From Pseudomonadota bacterium (GTDB lineage: Bacteria > Pseudomonadota > Gammaproteobacteria > Pseudomonadales > UBA7434): a stretch of 64,000 nucleotides of DNA. The DNA lies in contig JAYYUJ010000024.1 of NCBI GenBank assembly GCA_036344075.1, positions 22,616 to 86,615 of the forward strand, read 5' to 3'. The notes beneath the pieces were generated by a model. It did no database searches. It was not told the origin of the DNA and saw only the letters and a program-made list of their open reading frames with translations. Shown here one piece after another: positions 31,718-43,592 of the stretch (positions are counted from its first letter, which is position 1; each line of letters begins with the position of its first letter). Position numbers and translations under genes: made by a program.

Positions 31718-32233
31718 TTAGCGGTTATTGAGTCGAATAATATGCAACATTTTAGCAATAATGCGGTCACCTAACTGCTGCTGAAGACGCTCTTTGGTAC
31801 TTTGCTGTGCGGCCACATTGTCTGGATTTTGCAATTGAACTAGCTCAGCATGAACGCTGGTGGGTGCTAGGATGACCGATGTCGATATGGGTTGCAATGA
31901 AATATCGCTTTTTTGAAGCGATAGCCATTCGACTGTAACGCTTAGACTATGAGCTGTTTGCCCCACACGGCTATCATCACTTAAGGTAAGATTTCGACTA
32001 TCACGCTCAATAACAGCTATTGTAATACGGCTGTTGGCATTGCTAAGAGTATCACTAACGATAACGCCTTGGCTGCGAAGATGTTTTTTTAGTTTTAGTG
32101 CCAGTAATCTATCACCATCGATGAAGATAGCTTGTCTATGATCACTGATCACAAGTGGTTTTTGTAACTGATAACCGCAGCCAACTAGGCTGAACAATAT
32201 GATGATTAATAGCTGATGGCTTAATCGCAACAT
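31718..32233 (-). CDS. lptE: LPS assembly lipoprotein LptE
   Basis: Lipobox 'LVGCGYQL'; located between leuS and holA. Confidence 0.85.
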   Translation of the reverse strand: MLRLSHQLLIIILFSLVGCGYQLQKPLVISDHRQAIFIDGDRLLALKLKKHLRSQGVIVSDTLSNANSRITIAVIERDSRNLTLSDDSRVGQTAHSLSVTVEWLSLQKSDISLQPISTSVILAPTSVHAELVQLQNPDNVAAQQSTKERLQQQLGDRIIAKMLHIIRLNNR

Positions 32234-32297
32234 AAGTTTTAGCCCTTAGTTAGTGGAGATTTATGCAATACTAAGTCTCTAGTCAATATTCAGTGGA

Positions 32298-34973
32298 TTA
32301 GTTGGCAACAATATTAATCAGCTTATTAGGTACAACAATGACTTTGCGAATGGTTTTATCAGAAATAAATTTTTTCACATTATCATCTTCTGATGCTAAT
32401 GATTCTATTTTTTTGTTGTTGGCATCAGCGGCCACTTTTATTTTTGCTCTCACTTTCCCATTGACCTGAACGACCATTTCTATAGATGATAAGGTCAATG
32501 CTGATGGATCGACGATAGGCCAATCAGCGCACAGGATATCACAATTCATTTCAGGCCATAAATCTTGCCACAGTTGGTGGCATATATGCGGCGCAATAGG
32601 TGCTAGCAGGCGGACTAACAGACTGGTTCCTTCTGCAGCAACACCGGCCATATGACTATCGTTAAGCGCTAGCTCATGATTAGGAAGTTGATTGAGAATA
32701 GTCATACAAGCGGCTATAACCGTATTAAATTGACTTTTATTGAAGTCAACCAAGGCCTTTTCTAAACTGCTGTGAATGGAGTGGCGTCGTTCCTGTGCAG
32801 AATCAGTGAGATTGTCAACCGTAAGGTGGCTGTTGTTATTTAAGTAGCTCTTGCCTTGCTGTATCAGTTCGCGCTGCTCATTGCAGTAAGTCCACAGGCG
32901 CCGAAGAAAACGCTGTGCGCCTGCCACACCATCGTCATTCCATTCTAAAGTCTGTTCGGGAGGGGCAGCAAACATGGTAAAAACACGCACGGTGTCAGCA
33001 CCGTATTTTTCAATCGCTGTTTGTGGGTCGATTCCATTATTTTTTGACTTAGACATTTTAGTCATGCCGCCTATTTCAACGGCTTGCCCTGAGTTTATTT
33101 CATGGGCGCTGAGAATTTTTCCTTTTTCATCACGTTCGAATTTCACATCGCTTGGGTTAAACCATTCCTTGCCGCCGTCTTCTTTGCTGCGATAAAAGGA
33201 CTCAGCGAGTACCATGCCTTGACAAAGTAAACGTTTAAAAGGCTCGTTAGAACTGACAAAACCGTCATCACGTAATAATTTATGAAAAAAACGGGCATAT
33301 AGTAAGTGCAGAATGGCATGCTCAATGCCACCTACGTATTGGTCGACAGGCAGCCAATAATTGGCTCGTTCACTGTCCAGAATACCATCTTGAAAGTCTG
33401 GGCAGGTAAAGCGCGCATAGTACCAACTTGATTCCATAAAGGTATCGAAGGTATCCGTTTCATGGAAGACACTTTGACCATTAAGTTCGGTTTTGCACCA
33501 CTCGGGATCTGCTTTAATGGGGGAGCGAACACCGTCCATGATGACATCTTCTGGGAGTAAAACCGGTAGTCGGTCAGCGGGCACTGGTATTTCACCGCCT
33601 TCAGGTAAGCTGAGCATTGGAATCGGTGAACCCCAATAGCGTTGGCGCGATACGCCCCAGTCGCGCAGTCGATAATTGGTTTTTACCTTGCCTTTGCCTA
33701 AACTGGATAGCTTGGTCGTAATGGCATTAAAAGCGCCGTTAAAATCCAGCCCTGAAAATTCAGCGGAATTGATGGTTCGAGTATCGCTTTTGCGGCTATA
33801 CCATTCCTGCCATTGACTGCAATCGAAGTCGGTGTCATCGAGACTTGACTCAATCACTTGTGTAATAGGCAATTCATAGCGATTAGCAAATGCAAAATCG
33901 CGCTCGTCATGCGCCGGCACGGCCATTACTGCACCTGAGCCGTAATCCATCAGTACATAATTAGCAATCCAGATGGGTATCGATTCACCGGATAATGGAT
34001 GGGTGGCAGCCAGGCCGGTGGCGATGCCTTTTTTATCCATGACGGCTATATCAGCCTCAGCCACTGACTGTGATTTACATTCGGCAATAAATTCAGCGAT
34101 AGAGGGATTTTCACTGCCTAAAGCCAATGCTATGGGGTGCTCTGGGGCTAGGCTAAGATAGCTTACGCCCATTAATGTATCGGGGCGGGTGGTATAAACG
34201 GGAAGGGTATTAAAGCCTGCAATTTCATGATCTAGGCTAAAAAGTATATCGGCACCGCGACTCTTACCGATCCAATTTTTTTGCATGGTTTTAACTTGCT
34301 CTGGCCATTCGGTCAGCTCGTCAAGACTGCTAATTAACTCGTCTGCATACTCTGTGATTTTGATAAACCATTGGGGAATCTCTTTACGCTCAACTATGGC
34401 GCCGGAACGCCAGCCGCGACCATCGATCACTTGTTCATTAGCTAATACCGTACAGTCAACCGGATCCCAGTTTACAGTAGCCATTTTTTTATAGACCATG
34501 CCTTTTTCGTATAGACGGCCAAAAAACCATTGTTCCCAGCGATAATAGTCAGGTTCACAGGTTGCAAACTCGCGCGACCAGTCAAAGCTGAACCCCAGCG
34601 AATTGAGTTGCTGCTTCATATAATCAATATTTTGGTAAGTCCACTTTGCGGGTGCTGTTTGATTCTGAATAGCGGCATTTTCAGCAGGTAGACCGAAGGC
34701 ATCCCAACCCATAGGATGGAGGACGTTTTTGCCTAACATCCGCTGGTATCGAGCAATAACATCGGTAATGGTGTAGTTGCGCACATGACCCATATGCAAT
34801 TTGCCGCTGGGATAAGGAAACATAGCTAAGCAGTAAAATTTTTCTCGTGATGGGTCCTCAGTTGTCAGGAAACTGGCTTGGTCACGCCAGTATTGTTGGG
34901 CGTTGGCCTCAATAGCTTTTGGGGAGTAAACTGAAGAATTATTTACGCTTGAATCGGTCATAATAAGAGTCAA
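32298..34973 (-). CDS. leuS: Leucyl-tRNA synthetase
   Basis: '[11 protein letters not shown]', 'KMSKSKNN' and the editing domain 'YTTRPDT'. True start may be ATG 34961. Confidence 0.98.
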   Translation of the reverse strand: MTLIMTDSSVNNSSVYSPKAIEANAQQYWRDQASFLTTEDPSREKFYCLAMFPYPSGKLHMGHVRNYTITDVIARYQRMLGKNVLHPMGWDAFGLPAENAAIQNQTAPAKWTYQNIDYMKQQLNSLGFSFDWSREFATCEPDYYRWEQWFFGRLYEKGMVYKKMATVNWDPVDCTVLANEQVIDGRGWRSGAIVERKEIPQWFIKITEYADELISSLDELTEWPEQVKTMQKNWIGKSRGADILFSLDHEIAGFNTLPVYTTRPDTLMGVSYLSLAPEHPIALALGSENPSIAEFIAECKSQSVAEADIAVMDKKGIATGLAATHPLSGESIPIWIANYVLMDYGSGAVMAVPAHDERDFAFANRYELPITQVIESSLDDTDFDCSQWQEWYSRKSDTRTINSAEFSGLDFNGAFNAITTKLSSLGKGKVKTNYRLRDWGVSRQRYWGSPIPMLSLPEGGEIPVPADRLPVLLPEDVIMDGVRSPIKADPEWCKTELNGQSVFHETDTFDTFMESSWYYARFTCPDFQDGILDSERANYWLPVDQYVGGIEHAILHLLYARFFHKLLRDDGFVSSNEPFKRLLCQGMVLAESFYRSKEDGGKEWFNPSDVKFERDEKGKILSAHEINSGQAVEIGGMTKMSKSKNNGIDPQTAIEKYGADTVRVFTMFAAPPEQTLEWNDDGVAGAQRFLRRLWTYCNEQRELIQQGKSYLNNNSHLTVDNLTDSAQERRHSIHSSLEKALVDFNKSQFNTVIAACMTILNQLPNHELALNDSHMAGVAAEGTSLLVRLLAPIAPHICHQLWQDLWPEMNCDILCADWPIVDPSALTLSSIEMVVQVNGKVRAKIKVAADANNKKIESLASEDDNVKKFISDKTIRKVIVVPNKLINIVAN

Positions 34974-35093
34974 TCGCCTAGCTTAAATGTTTATTACTCA
35001 ATTAGCCTTTAAGGGCCAAAATGCGGGTCTAAGCATACCGCGAACTGACCCGTCGGGGCTAGTCTTGTAAGAGGGAGATATTACGCTTAAACC

Positions 35094-36866
35094 TTAGGTG
35101 CTAGCGGTTGGCGCTTGGTTAGTAATCCAAACCGTTTGGTAGGGCGCTAGTGACAAAGTTTCAGTCGCTAGGTCAATGGCTTGATTACTGATTAATTCAT
35201 GCCAATGCTCCATTGCTATAAGATTGACGCTCGCTAACGGTAGCTGGTAGGGGAATTTACTGATATTAGAAATGCAAAAGATACTTTGCTGACGATCTTG
35301 ACTTTGGCGCCAGAAACCAAAAATTGTATCTCCTAGGTGTAAAGTGAACTGGGTTGCATTGGGATGAAAGGCCGATTGGGATGTACGAATAGCCAATAAA
35401 GCCATGAGTTTTTCAAAAACAATAGCCTGCGAGTGTAGTGGATTCGTCAGTCGCTTAGCCAATTCTTGATAGTCCCATTGATGACGATTAATGGCCCTAT
35501 TATGTCCCTCTTGTATAACTTTTTCATAGTCATTGCGCGTGGCTAGCAAACTGTGAATATAAATGCCGGGTATGCCTTCGAGTCCAAGCATAATAGCGTG
35601 TGCGCAGATAAAGCGCTCAATGCCAAATTTATCAGGTCCTTGATCGGTACCTTGTAAGCTATCAAACAGTGATATGTTTATTTCATAAGGTTTGTGACCG
35701 CCATTCGCTACTTGACGGTAAGAGACCTTGCCACCAAAGTTTTCCATAATGGCTGAAAGATTATCAATTTCACGATCGGATAATAGGCCTTCAGCAGGGC
35801 GAAGACCAATACCATCGTGTGAAGCGATAAAATTAAAATAGCTTGTGCCATTTTGCGCGGGCGGCATGCTCATCATCCATTGTTTGAGATAATAGCTATT
35901 GCCTGCGATAAGACAGTGTATTAATAGCGGTGGTAATGAAAAATTATATATGCAATGCGCTTCATTAGCATTACCAAAGTATTCAAGATTCTCTCGATTA
36001 GGAATGTTGGTCTCAGTAATGATAAGGGCTTCTGGTTCAGCATGCTCGATCAATAGTCGTAGTAAGCGAACAATTTGGTGTGTTTGGCTCAAGTTAAGAC
36101 AGTTGGTACCAGGGATTTTCCAAATAAAAGCGACTGCATCTAAGCGAAATATTCGAATACCTCGATCGAGATAGAATCGAATGATTTTGAGAAACTCCAT
36201 TAATAATTCGGGATTACGAAAATCAAAATCAATTTGATCATGGCTAAATGTGCACCAAACATGTTTGGTTCCGCTGGTGGTTTCAACTGCTTGAAGCAAC
36301 GGAGACGTTCTGGGACGAACGACTTGCGATAGGTCTTGCTCGATATCAATCGTGTAAAAATAATCTTTTCCCGGCGCGGTATTTTGAAGGAAATTTTTAA
36401 ACCACCGATGTTCTGAAGAGCAATGGTTTACAACTAAGTCAGACATTAATCGATAATCATTGGCTATTTTTTGAATATCACTCCAGTCACCAAGTCCTGG
36501 TTTTACTTCTTTAAAATCGATTACGGCAAATCCATCATCTGAACTGTAGGGAAAAAAGGGAAGAATATGTAGGCTGTTAATTGTTTGGCCAACGTGCTGG
36601 TGTAAGAAGTGAGACAAGGTCTGCAGCGGTGGTTTATCACTTTCAATAATTGAGTCTGCATAACTAATTAATACGCAGTCTTTCTCTGTCCATAAACTGT
36701 TGTGATTTTTGGGAGGAGAGTGGTCAGTGCTAATTCCCATGGTGAATAAAGTTTTATTCACTAATTGACCAAAATCAATAGTTCCATTTCGGTAGTCTTC
36801 AGTTTCTTGATAAATAAGTTCTAAATGATTGCGAATTTGTGCATTTAATTTTTGCCATGATTCCAT
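35094..36866 (-). CDS. GH13_18 sugar phosphorylase, probably glucosylglycerate phosphorylase
   Basis: 'PYSSDDGF', nucleophile 'RLDAV', acid/base 'ITETN', 'ASHDGIG' and 'YEIN'; last gene of a glucosylglycerate cluster. Confidence 0.85.
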   Translation of the reverse strand: MESWQKLNAQIRNHLELIYQETEDYRNGTIDFGQLVNKTLFTMGISTDHSPPKNHNSLWTEKDCVLISYADSIIESDKPPLQTLSHFLHQHVGQTINSLHILPFFPYSSDDGFAVIDFKEVKPGLGDWSDIQKIANDYRLMSDLVVNHCSSEHRWFKNFLQNTAPGKDYFYTIDIEQDLSQVVRPRTSPLLQAVETTSGTKHVWCTFSHDQIDFDFRNPELLMEFLKIIRFYLDRGIRIFRLDAVAFIWKIPGTNCLNLSQTHQIVRLLRLLIEHAEPEALIITETNIPNRENLEYFGNANEAHCIYNFSLPPLLIHCLIAGNSYYLKQWMMSMPPAQNGTSYFNFIASHDGIGLRPAEGLLSDREIDNLSAIMENFGGKVSYRQVANGGHKPYEINISLFDSLQGTDQGPDKFGIERFICAHAIMLGLEGIPGIYIHSLLATRNDYEKVIQEGHNRAINRHQWDYQELAKRLTNPLHSQAIVFEKLMALLAIRTSQSAFHPNATQFTLHLGDTIFGFWRQSQDRQQSIFCISNISKFPYQLPLASVNLIAMEHWHELISNQAIDLATETLSLAPYQTVWITNQAPTAST

Positions 36867-36888
36867 TACTTATATGGTTCCTTATTAA

Positions 36889-38109
36889 CTATCTGTATTT
36901 AGCTCTGTCGTGTTCAACGGCATGGCAGATCTCATCAAAGATATCAGGAATTGCACTTTGGACTCGGTTCCATGCGGGAATAAAAGGCGTTTCCATCGGT
37001 TTTTCTAAAAACGTTTCTCCCGCTTTTATGATATTTTCGGCAAATAATTCCACAGCTTTTTCTTCATTGTGAATATCAAATGATAACTTGTTGATCGCCG
37101 CATCGTTATGGTAGGCATCAATGTGATCAAGCGCAATGCGAAAATAAGTAGCCTTTAATGTGCGAAAATTCTCATTATTAAATGTCACGCCTTGGGTGGC
37201 GAGCTTTCTAAATAATGATTTAGCAATATCGATAGACATTTTAGAAAGTCCGGATTTGTCATTTTCAGCGGATAAGTCTTGATGTTTATGGTCATAAGTG
37301 TCAGCAATGTCGACTTGACATAAGCGGTTAAGAGAATAGTTCCTATGCATTTCAGACAGCACGCCAATCTCTAGGCCCCAATCACTTGGAATTCGAATAT
37401 CATATAAAACATCCCTTCGAAATGAAAATTCACCTGCCAATGGATATCGAAAGCTGCCCATGTATTGAAGATAGTCTAATTCGCCACATATTTTTTTTAA
37501 TGCTCTTATTAATGGGCTAACCAGTAAACGGCTCACACGCCCGTTCAATTTTCCTTCAGCGGTTCTTGCATAGTAACCTTTACAAAATTCATAGTTAAAG
37601 TTCGGATTAGCAACTGGATAAATTAGACGTGCTAACAGATCACGCTCGTAAGTGGTAATATCACAGTCATGCAGTGCTATTGCCTCTGCTTTAGTGCCAG
37701 CTAAAACATAGCCCATGCAATACCAAACATTCCTCCCTTTACCGGCTTGTTTAGGTGCGAGTCCATGCTTATCAAGTTTCTTATGGATTGTTTGCATTGC
37801 GGGGCCATCGTTCCAAAGGATCGAGGTCTTTTGGCTTAGTTTTGAAAAAAATTGTAAAGCAAACCGATACTCTTGCTCATTAGCCCTATCAAGGCCAATA
37901 ATAATTTCATCTAAATAGGGAACAAACGATAATTTTTGAATAATATTTTTAAGTGCTGGCCCCTCAAGCTCTGAAAATAATGAGGGCAGAATAACCGCCA
38001 TAGGGCGTTCTTGACGAAAACCAACCAACTCATTTTCAAGGTCATCGACTGTGCGGTTAGAGAGATTATGCAGTGTTGTTATAATCCCATTTTGATGAAA
38101 ATCTGCCAT
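36889..38109 (-). CDS. gpgS: Glucosyl-3-phosphoglycerate synthase
   Basis: 'MADFHQNGIITTLHNL', 'GKGRNVW', 'HDCD', 'YPLAGEF', 'DWGLEIG' and 'YDHKHQ'. Confidence 0.85.
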   Translation of the reverse strand: MADFHQNGIITTLHNLSNRTVDDLENELVGFRQERPMAVILPSLFSELEGPALKNIIQKLSFVPYLDEIIIGLDRANEQEYRFALQFFSKLSQKTSILWNDGPAMQTIHKKLDKHGLAPKQAGKGRNVWYCMGYVLAGTKAEAIALHDCDITTYERDLLARLIYPVANPNFNYEFCKGYYARTAEGKLNGRVSRLLVSPLIRALKKICGELDYLQYMGSFRYPLAGEFSFRRDVLYDIRIPSDWGLEIGVLSEMHRNYSLNRLCQVDIADTYDHKHQDLSAENDKSGLSKMSIDIAKSLFRKLATQGVTFNNENFRTLKATYFRIALDHIDAYHNDAAINKLSFDIHNEEKAVELFAENIIKAGETFLEKPMETPFIPAWNRVQSAIPDIFDEICHAVEHDRAKYR

Positions 38110-38148
38110 TACTTTTTCCTATATAATGAGATTATTGTTAGCACTTTT

Positions 38149-38991
38149 TTATTGATTAATGAAATGCTCGAAAAGTATTTTTTGTATAACTTGGTTCCAA
38201 CCTTTTGGTCCGAAGTCAGAACTGATGTAAGTTCCCTCATCACGCTGTAATGGTGGCCTACTATGAAAAGGAGATTTAATGACGGCTGCAAAATCTGCTT
38301 CGTTGAGCATTGATGCATCGTTTTTGCTGTCGCCAAGGGCAATAGATCGTAGCTTTGATTGATCATCATTTTGTTTAAAAAATTCAATTAGTTTATTCAT
38401 TGCCGATGCTTTGTCGGTCTTCGCGTCGATGATATGTAAAAACCTTCCGCCTTGTACTACCTCAGCACCTGCACTTTTGACTGTATTGATAAAGTTCTTT
38501 TTAGCCTGTTGCTTACCTAGCCATAGGATAGGCTCGCTGAATTTTCTTTCATTTGCTTGCATTGATTCCTCTAAACCTAATCCCGTACATTTTAAGATTC
38601 CACTGACACCCAGTTGGCTAAAACTTATATAATCATCAGGATATCGCCAGTTGATTTTCATCAGTAAATTGGTCCAATGTGATCTTAGATAGGCCTGACT
38701 AAATTCCCAGAATTTCTCATCTTTAAAGGTGATTGTCTTTGTATTATGGGGTTGGTTTTTAAAATATCCCTCAGGTATATATATTGCTGCCCCGTTTTCT
38801 ACAATAAATGGGTCATGGTTACCAATTGATTTTCTAATAGGTAGTAGCTCTGCTAATGTCTTACTAGTGTTAGCTATCAAAGGAATGTTTTTTTCCTGCA
38901 GTAAGTTGAGTGCAGGGCGAGCCTCCTCACATGAATAGTTTTCATGGTCGAGTAATGAGCCATCAAGATCGGTGAATATAATAGGTTTCAT
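38149..38991 (-). CDS. gpgP: Glucosyl/mannosyl-3-phosphoglycerate phosphatase (HAD IIB)
   Basis: 'FTDLDGSLLD', 'TSKT', 'ENGA', 'GGRF' and 'ALGDSKND'. Confidence 0.85.
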   Translation of the reverse strand: MKPIIFTDLDGSLLDHENYSCEEARPALNLLQEKNIPLIANTSKTLAELLPIRKSIGNHDPFIVENGAAIYIPEGYFKNQPHNTKTITFKDEKFWEFSQAYLRSHWTNLLMKINWRYPDDYISFSQLGVSGILKCTGLGLEESMQANERKFSEPILWLGKQQAKKNFINTVKSAGAEVVQGGRFLHIIDAKTDKASAMNKLIEFFKQNDDQSKLRSIALGDSKNDASMLNEADFAAVIKSPFHSRPPLQRDEGTYISSDFGPKGWNQVIQKILFEHFINQ

Positions 38992-39926
38992 AGTTGTTGG
39001 CTAGGAATAGGTTGGCGGTACTGGGTAATTTCTCGTTGCTCATTGAATTCAAATAAATGTTGCACGCGCTGCGGTAAATTCTTTAAACAGCTTTCTGTAG
39101 TTCGTTGATAATGAGCGATAAACTGGCGAAGTTTTTGGTCATTCATGATGTTCGTGTGTTGTGATTTATTAACGACGTCAGCTAATTTATTTTCTTGCTC
39201 TTTCCGCCAATCAAATACGCAATCAAAAGATGGCGCCTTTAGCATGATCCAAGTTTCGATATGTCCGAATAGTTTTGAGTAGTCGCCTTTCAACTGATCA
39301 TTAACATAGTTACGCCAAACTCCGTCTTGATCCTCCTTGCTTTCGAGTTCGTTAATAGGGCCGTGTAGTTCGGTGGGGTTTTGAGCCGCAGCGCCGAGAC
39401 ACCAACCTTCCAAAATAATCACTCGAGCGGCGGGTTGGCTCATTCGACCGGCGTTAGTATCGATATCATCTATTGCTTTGTTAAATGTGGGTAGTGGTAT
39501 TGATTCATTGTGATTATTTGAAAGTTTTTTGATGACATCAATTAATAAACCAATATCGTGGGTGCCTGGAACTCCGCGAGTGAATAGCAACGGGTGAACA
39601 GTGTTAGCAAGGTGTTGCCTTTGTTGACGGCTTAAGTAAAAGTCATCTATCGATAATACTTCTGCACCAATATGATGCCTCGCATCTAAGATTGTGCGCA
39701 AATAGTGGGCCAGCGTCGATTTACCTGAGCCTTGGCAACCGTTAATACCAACAATAAGTACTTGATTCTGAGTGCTCTTCAAGTGAGTTAAAATAGACGA
39801 AATCAGGGGTGAAAACCATTTTTCAGCCATTTCAAGATACTGTAGTGGCAGTTTTTGCTCTCGGATAAAGGCTTTAAGCGCTGCATCAAGTGTAGGTGTT
39901 TCATGTTGCTGATGGCTGTTAGGCAC
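38988..39926 (-). CDS. D-glycerate 3-kinase (GLYK-type P-loop kinase)
   Basis: P-loop 'GCQGSGKST', 'SIDDFYL', 'TRGVPGTHD', 'LEGWC' and 'WRKEQE'; GTG start after AAGGAG. Confidence 0.8.
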   Translation of the reverse strand: MPNSHQQHETPTLDAALKAFIREQKLPLQYLEMAEKWFSPLISSILTHLKSTQNQVLIVGINGCQGSGKSTLAHYLRTILDARHHIGAEVLSIDDFYLSRQQRQHLANTVHPLLFTRGVPGTHDIGLLIDVIKKLSNNHNESIPLPTFNKAIDDIDTNAGRMSQPAARVIILEGWCLGAAAQNPTELHGPINELESKEDQDGVWRNYVNDQLKGDYSKLFGHIETWIMLKAPSFDCVFDWRKEQENKLADVVNKSQHTNIMNDQKLRQFIAHYQRTTESCLKNLPQRVQHLFEFNEQREITQYRQPIPSQQL

Positions 39927-39952
39927 GATTATTTCTCCTTTAATCCTTACAG

Positions 39953-39969
39953 AGCAGATATTGTGCCAA
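39953..39969 (-). promoter_or_regulatory. Sigma54 (-24/-12) promoter of the glucosylglycerate operon
   Basis: Minus strand reads TTGGCACaatatCTGCT (GG-N10-GC), about 27 bp upstream of the start codon. Confidence 0.7.
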
Positions 39970-40322
39970 CTTTAAATAAACCACCCAATGTCTGCTAGGC
40001 TTAATAGCTGTGTGATGCGAACTTGAAAAATTGGGCGGCACAGAAAATTTCTTCGTAGCAATTTTGACGATGAACAGCGGTTTTTTTATGTGTTAAGGGG
40101 CTATCTAATCACTTACCGCATAATGTTAATCGCCCATAGATTTTTTGTATACAATTTTATAATTGATTCCTGTAGGTTCGAGTAATTGCTCATATGAAGA
40201 TGTTGCTTCACAGTGAACAATAAAATCAGCTACTCAATAACATGCTGCTTTTGCGTTTATACTAACATTGAGTGACAGTGACTAAGCTAATAGCATACAT
40301 TTTTCTCGATTTATTATAGGCA

Positions 40323-41363
40323 GTGACTATGTTTGGTTTGTTTCGCACTATTTTAGCTTTGTTGGTTATGGCAGGCCATTTGCTTGATACCTGGCAGATA
40401 GGCACTTACGCTGTCTTTGGTTTTTATATGATCAGCGGCTATTTAATGACGCATATCATGCACGAAAGTTATGGCTTTCATCTGGCTGGATGCTGGTCTT
40501 TCGCTTGCAACCGATTTTTGCGGCTTTATCCATTGTATTGGTGTGCGGCCTTAATCACCATCCTGCTCATTATCGTGTTAGGCAAAGATTACGTGTCATC
40601 ATATAACGCCAGTATTTTCTTGCCTGAAACGCTTACTGACTACTGGGCCAACATTACTATGGTTTATCCGTTAGTTTTTGCTAATGAGTATCAACCGATT
40701 TTAGTGCCGACTACTTGGGCAATTACCGTTGAATTATTTTTTTATGCGGCTATTTGTTTAGGGCTGTCAAAAACTAAATTTCGGGTGCAGTTATGGTTGG
40801 TGATTTCGATACTGTATGTGGTGTATTGCTTGTATCAAGGGCTGGGTTGGCGTTACCGTTATTTCCCTATTTTAGCCGGTTCCTTACCCTTTGCGATGGG
40901 TGCCTATATTTACTTCTTGAAACAAGACGCTTGGCCTCGTTTAGAAGAATGGTTGTTTCAACCGGTGTGTTTACTGTTCGGTCTTTTAGTAAATATGCTG
41001 TTGGTTGTGGTTTATGATTATTATTTTGAAATGGGTTTTTATGTTAATGCTTTTTTCTGCGTACTGCTTTGTTACCAAATTGCTAACGGGGCTTTATGGC
41101 CAAAAATTTCTGCACGTTTGGATAAGCTCCTTGGAGAGTTTTCTTATCCAATATATTTATTGCAATGGCAGGCGGGTATTGTCGCCTCGTATATACTATT
41201 AGGCGAGCCTATTCATAATGCGTCAACCGATGGTATAGCTATTCTATGGTTAGCCTTACTGCTTGTATTCCTCGTCGCTTATGTTTTGATTCGTGTTATT
41301 GACCGGCCGATACAAAATTTGCGAAGTACGATCAAAAATCAGCTCGTATTAAAAGACATTTAG
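40323..41363 (+). CDS. Acyltransferase family 3 (membrane O-acyltransferase)
   Basis: 'FRTILALLVMAGH', 'FYMISGYLM', 'RFLRLYP', 'WAITVELFFY' and 'SYPIYL'. Confidence 0.88.
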   Translation: MTMFGLFRTILALLVMAGHLLDTWQIGTYAVFGFYMISGYLMTHIMHESYGFHLAGCWSFACNRFLRLYPLYWCAALITILLIIVLGKDYVSSYNASIFLPETLTDYWANITMVYPLVFANEYQPILVPTTWAITVELFFYAAICLGLSKTKFRVQLWLVISILYVVYCLYQGLGWRYRYFPILAGSLPFAMGAYIYFLKQDAWPRLEEWLFQPVCLLFGLLVNMLLVVVYDYYFEMGFYVNAFFCVLLCYQIANGALWPKISARLDKLLGEFSYPIYLLQWQAGIVASYILLGEPIHNASTDGIAILWLALLLVFLVAYVLIRVIDRPIQNLRSTIKNQLVLKDI

Positions 41364-41385
41364 CAGTATAAAGTAGGAGAAGATT

Positions 41386-41823
41386 ATGGCTAAAGATACT
41401 CATTTTATCAGTTTAGAAAAAATGTATCTTATTGCGCCTGTTAATGCTTTTTATCAGCCGAGTATTGATATTTCATCGGGCCAGGCAGAAATTAGTATTG
41501 CGGTTGAGCCTAAACATTGCCATACCGCAGGCGCTGTTCACGGTTCGGTATATTTTCATTTATTAGACAGTGCGGCTTTTTTCGCTGCAAACTCACTCGA
41601 GCGTGATTATTTTGTTTTAACGAGCTCGTTTACAACTTACCTTACTCGGCCAGTATCTGAGGGTGCTATGCGAGCTATCGGCAAAGTGGTTAATGAAACG
41701 AAGTCGCAATTTATCGTAGAGTCCATCGCCTTTAATGCAGAGAATAAGGAAATTGCACGCGGTAGCGGTATTTTTGTTCGTAGTAAAACACGATTAAGTG
41801 ACGTGCCAGGCTACGCTATTTAA
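41386..41823 (+). CDS. PaaI-family hotdog thioesterase
   Basis: 'GAVHGSVYFHLLDSAA' and 'YLTRPV'. Confidence 0.85.
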   Translation: MAKDTHFISLEKMYLIAPVNAFYQPSIDISSGQAEISIAVEPKHCHTAGAVHGSVYFHLLDSAAFFAANSLERDYFVLTSSFTTYLTRPVSEGAMRAIGKVVNETKSQFIVESIAFNAENKEIARGSGIFVRSKTRLSDVPGYAI

Positions 41824-41851
41824 CGCTTGCTATTCTGATTGCTTTTTTATA

Positions 41852-41871
41852 TACTGTACATATATACAGTA
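41852..41871. promoter_or_regulatory. LexA (SOS) box upstream of umuD
   Basis: TACTGTACATATATACAGTA, i.e. CTGT-N8-ACAG near the gammaproteobacterial consensus. Confidence 0.93.
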
Positions 41872-41923
41872 TTAAAATATAAGCCTTTGCGCTTAGGATG
41901 TCAGGTCAGCCCTTGTTACGCTC

Positions 41924-42358
41924 ATGAAAGTTACTATATTAGAAGTCATTAAAAACTCACAAACTATTGATATACCACTGTATTCATCCAGTGTCCAAGC
42001 CGGCTTTCCCAGTCCCGCTGATGATTATATCGAAGCAAAAATAGATCTGAATAAGCATATTATTAAGCGCCCAGCCGCTACTTTTTTTGCGCGTGCTAAT
42101 GGTAGTTCGATGATGCAAATAGGGATTTTAGACGGTGACCTAATGGTGGTTGACCGCTCAGTGAAGCCTGAGCAGGGGGCGGTAGTGATCGCACTCATTG
42201 ATGGCGAAATGACCTGTAAGATACTCGACAAACACCGTAAGCGTCTGTTGTCAGCGAATGATCAGTTTCCACCGATTGCAATTGCAGATGAAGCGGAATT
42301 ATTTATCGAGGGCGTAGTCACTCATTCATTGCGTTACCATTATGTACGCATTAGTTGA
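41924..42358 (+). CDS. umuD: DNA polymerase V accessory subunit UmuD (S24 autopeptidase)
   Basis: Cleavage site 'AGFPSPA', catalytic Ser 'GSSM' and Lys 'TCK'. Confidence 0.93.
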   Translation: MKVTILEVIKNSQTIDIPLYSSSVQAGFPSPADDYIEAKIDLNKHIIKRPAATFFARANGSSMMQIGILDGDLMVVDRSVKPEQGAVVIALIDGEMTCKILDKHRKRLLSANDQFPPIAIADEAELFIEGVVTHSLRYHYVRIS

Positions 42359-43592
42359 TGCCAATAGTTTTTATGCCAGCTGCGAACAAGTCTTTAGACC
42401 TGAGCTGCGCGATCAGCCGGTGGTGGTACTAAGTAATAACGATGGTTGTATTGTCGCCCGCAGCCGCGCTGCAAAGGCGTTAAAAATTCCCGATTTACAA
42501 CCTTATTTTAAAATAAAGCCTTTCCTCGCGAAGCATCAAGTGCATGTTTTTAGTAGCAACTATGAATTATATGCTGATCTATCCAGTCGAGTTGTGTCGG
42601 TGCTAGAAGAGTTTGCGCCTCAATTAGAAGTGTATTCGATTGATGAGAGTTTTTTGTGTTTTGATGGTCTTTCAGTTGACTGGCGGGCCTATGGCTTGCA
42701 GATTAAGCAACGCATATGGCGAGATGTTCGCATGCCGGTATGCGTGGGCATGGGTCAAACGAAAACCCTAGCTAAGCTTGCTAATCATATCGCGAAAAAG
42801 TCAGCCAAACTAAAAGGCGTTTGTGTGTTGCATGCCGGTAATAATTGGGATGCAGTATTTAAGAAGTTACCCGTAGAGACAATATGGGGCGTAGGTAGGC
42901 GATTAGCAAAGAGACTAAATCGGCTCCATATATATTCTGTTTATGACCTTAAAGTAGCGAATGCAAAACATATACGGCATCAATTTGGTGTGACGCTCGA
43001 AAGAACAGTTGCAGAGTTAAATGGTGAGCGTTGTGTAAATATTGACACCCAACCCAGTAATAAAAAGCAAATCTATTCGACCCGTTCCTTTGGTCAAAAA
43101 GTTCAACAGTTGTCGGACTTACAACAGGCGATTAGTCAGTACGCGAGTACTGCTGCAGTCAAGTTACGAAAACAAAACAGCGTGGTGAAAACTATTGTTG
43201 TTTTCATCCAAACATCACGATTCATTGACGATGCCTATTCAAATACGATAACTATTGCGTTGCCGCATGCCACTAATGATACTCGTACTATCATTGCGGC
43301 CGCGAAGCAGGGGGTGTCGCGGTTGTATCGACCGGGTCTTGCTTACGCTAAGGCGGGTATTGGCTTGGTTGAAATTGATGATGCAACATCAGTACAGCTG
43401 AACTTCTTTAGTCAGTACCAATCGACTAAATCACTAAAGCTGATGGAGGTGGTTGATAAGTTAAATTGCCAGCAAAAGCAAGTTTTTTTTGCCAGCAGTG
43501 GTATTAATCCTTTCTGGCGAATGCGTCGGCAACTAAAGTCACCGTCTTACACTACGGATATTCAAGAAATTCCTATGATAAAAATAAGCTAG
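42342..43592 (+). CDS. umuC: Y-family DNA polymerase V catalytic subunit
   Basis: '[13 protein letters not shown]', 'VLSNNDGC', 'YSIDE' and C-terminal 'W.M.....SPSYTT'; overlaps umuD. Confidence 0.94.
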   Translation: MYALVDANSFYASCEQVFRPELRDQPVVVLSNNDGCIVARSRAAKALKIPDLQPYFKIKPFLAKHQVHVFSSNYELYADLSSRVVSVLEEFAPQLEVYSIDESFLCFDGLSVDWRAYGLQIKQRIWRDVRMPVCVGMGQTKTLAKLANHIAKKSAKLKGVCVLHAGNNWDAVFKKLPVETIWGVGRRLAKRLNRLHIYSVYDLKVANAKHIRHQFGVTLERTVAELNGERCVNIDTQPSNKKQIYSTRSFGQKVQQLSDLQQAISQYASTAAVKLRKQNSVVKTIVVFIQTSRFIDDAYSNTITIALPHATNDTRTIIAAAKQGVSRLYRPGLAYAKAGIGLVEIDDATSVQLNFFSQYQSTKSLKLMEVVDKLNCQQKQVFFASSGINPFWRMRRQLKSPSYTTDIQEIPMIKIS

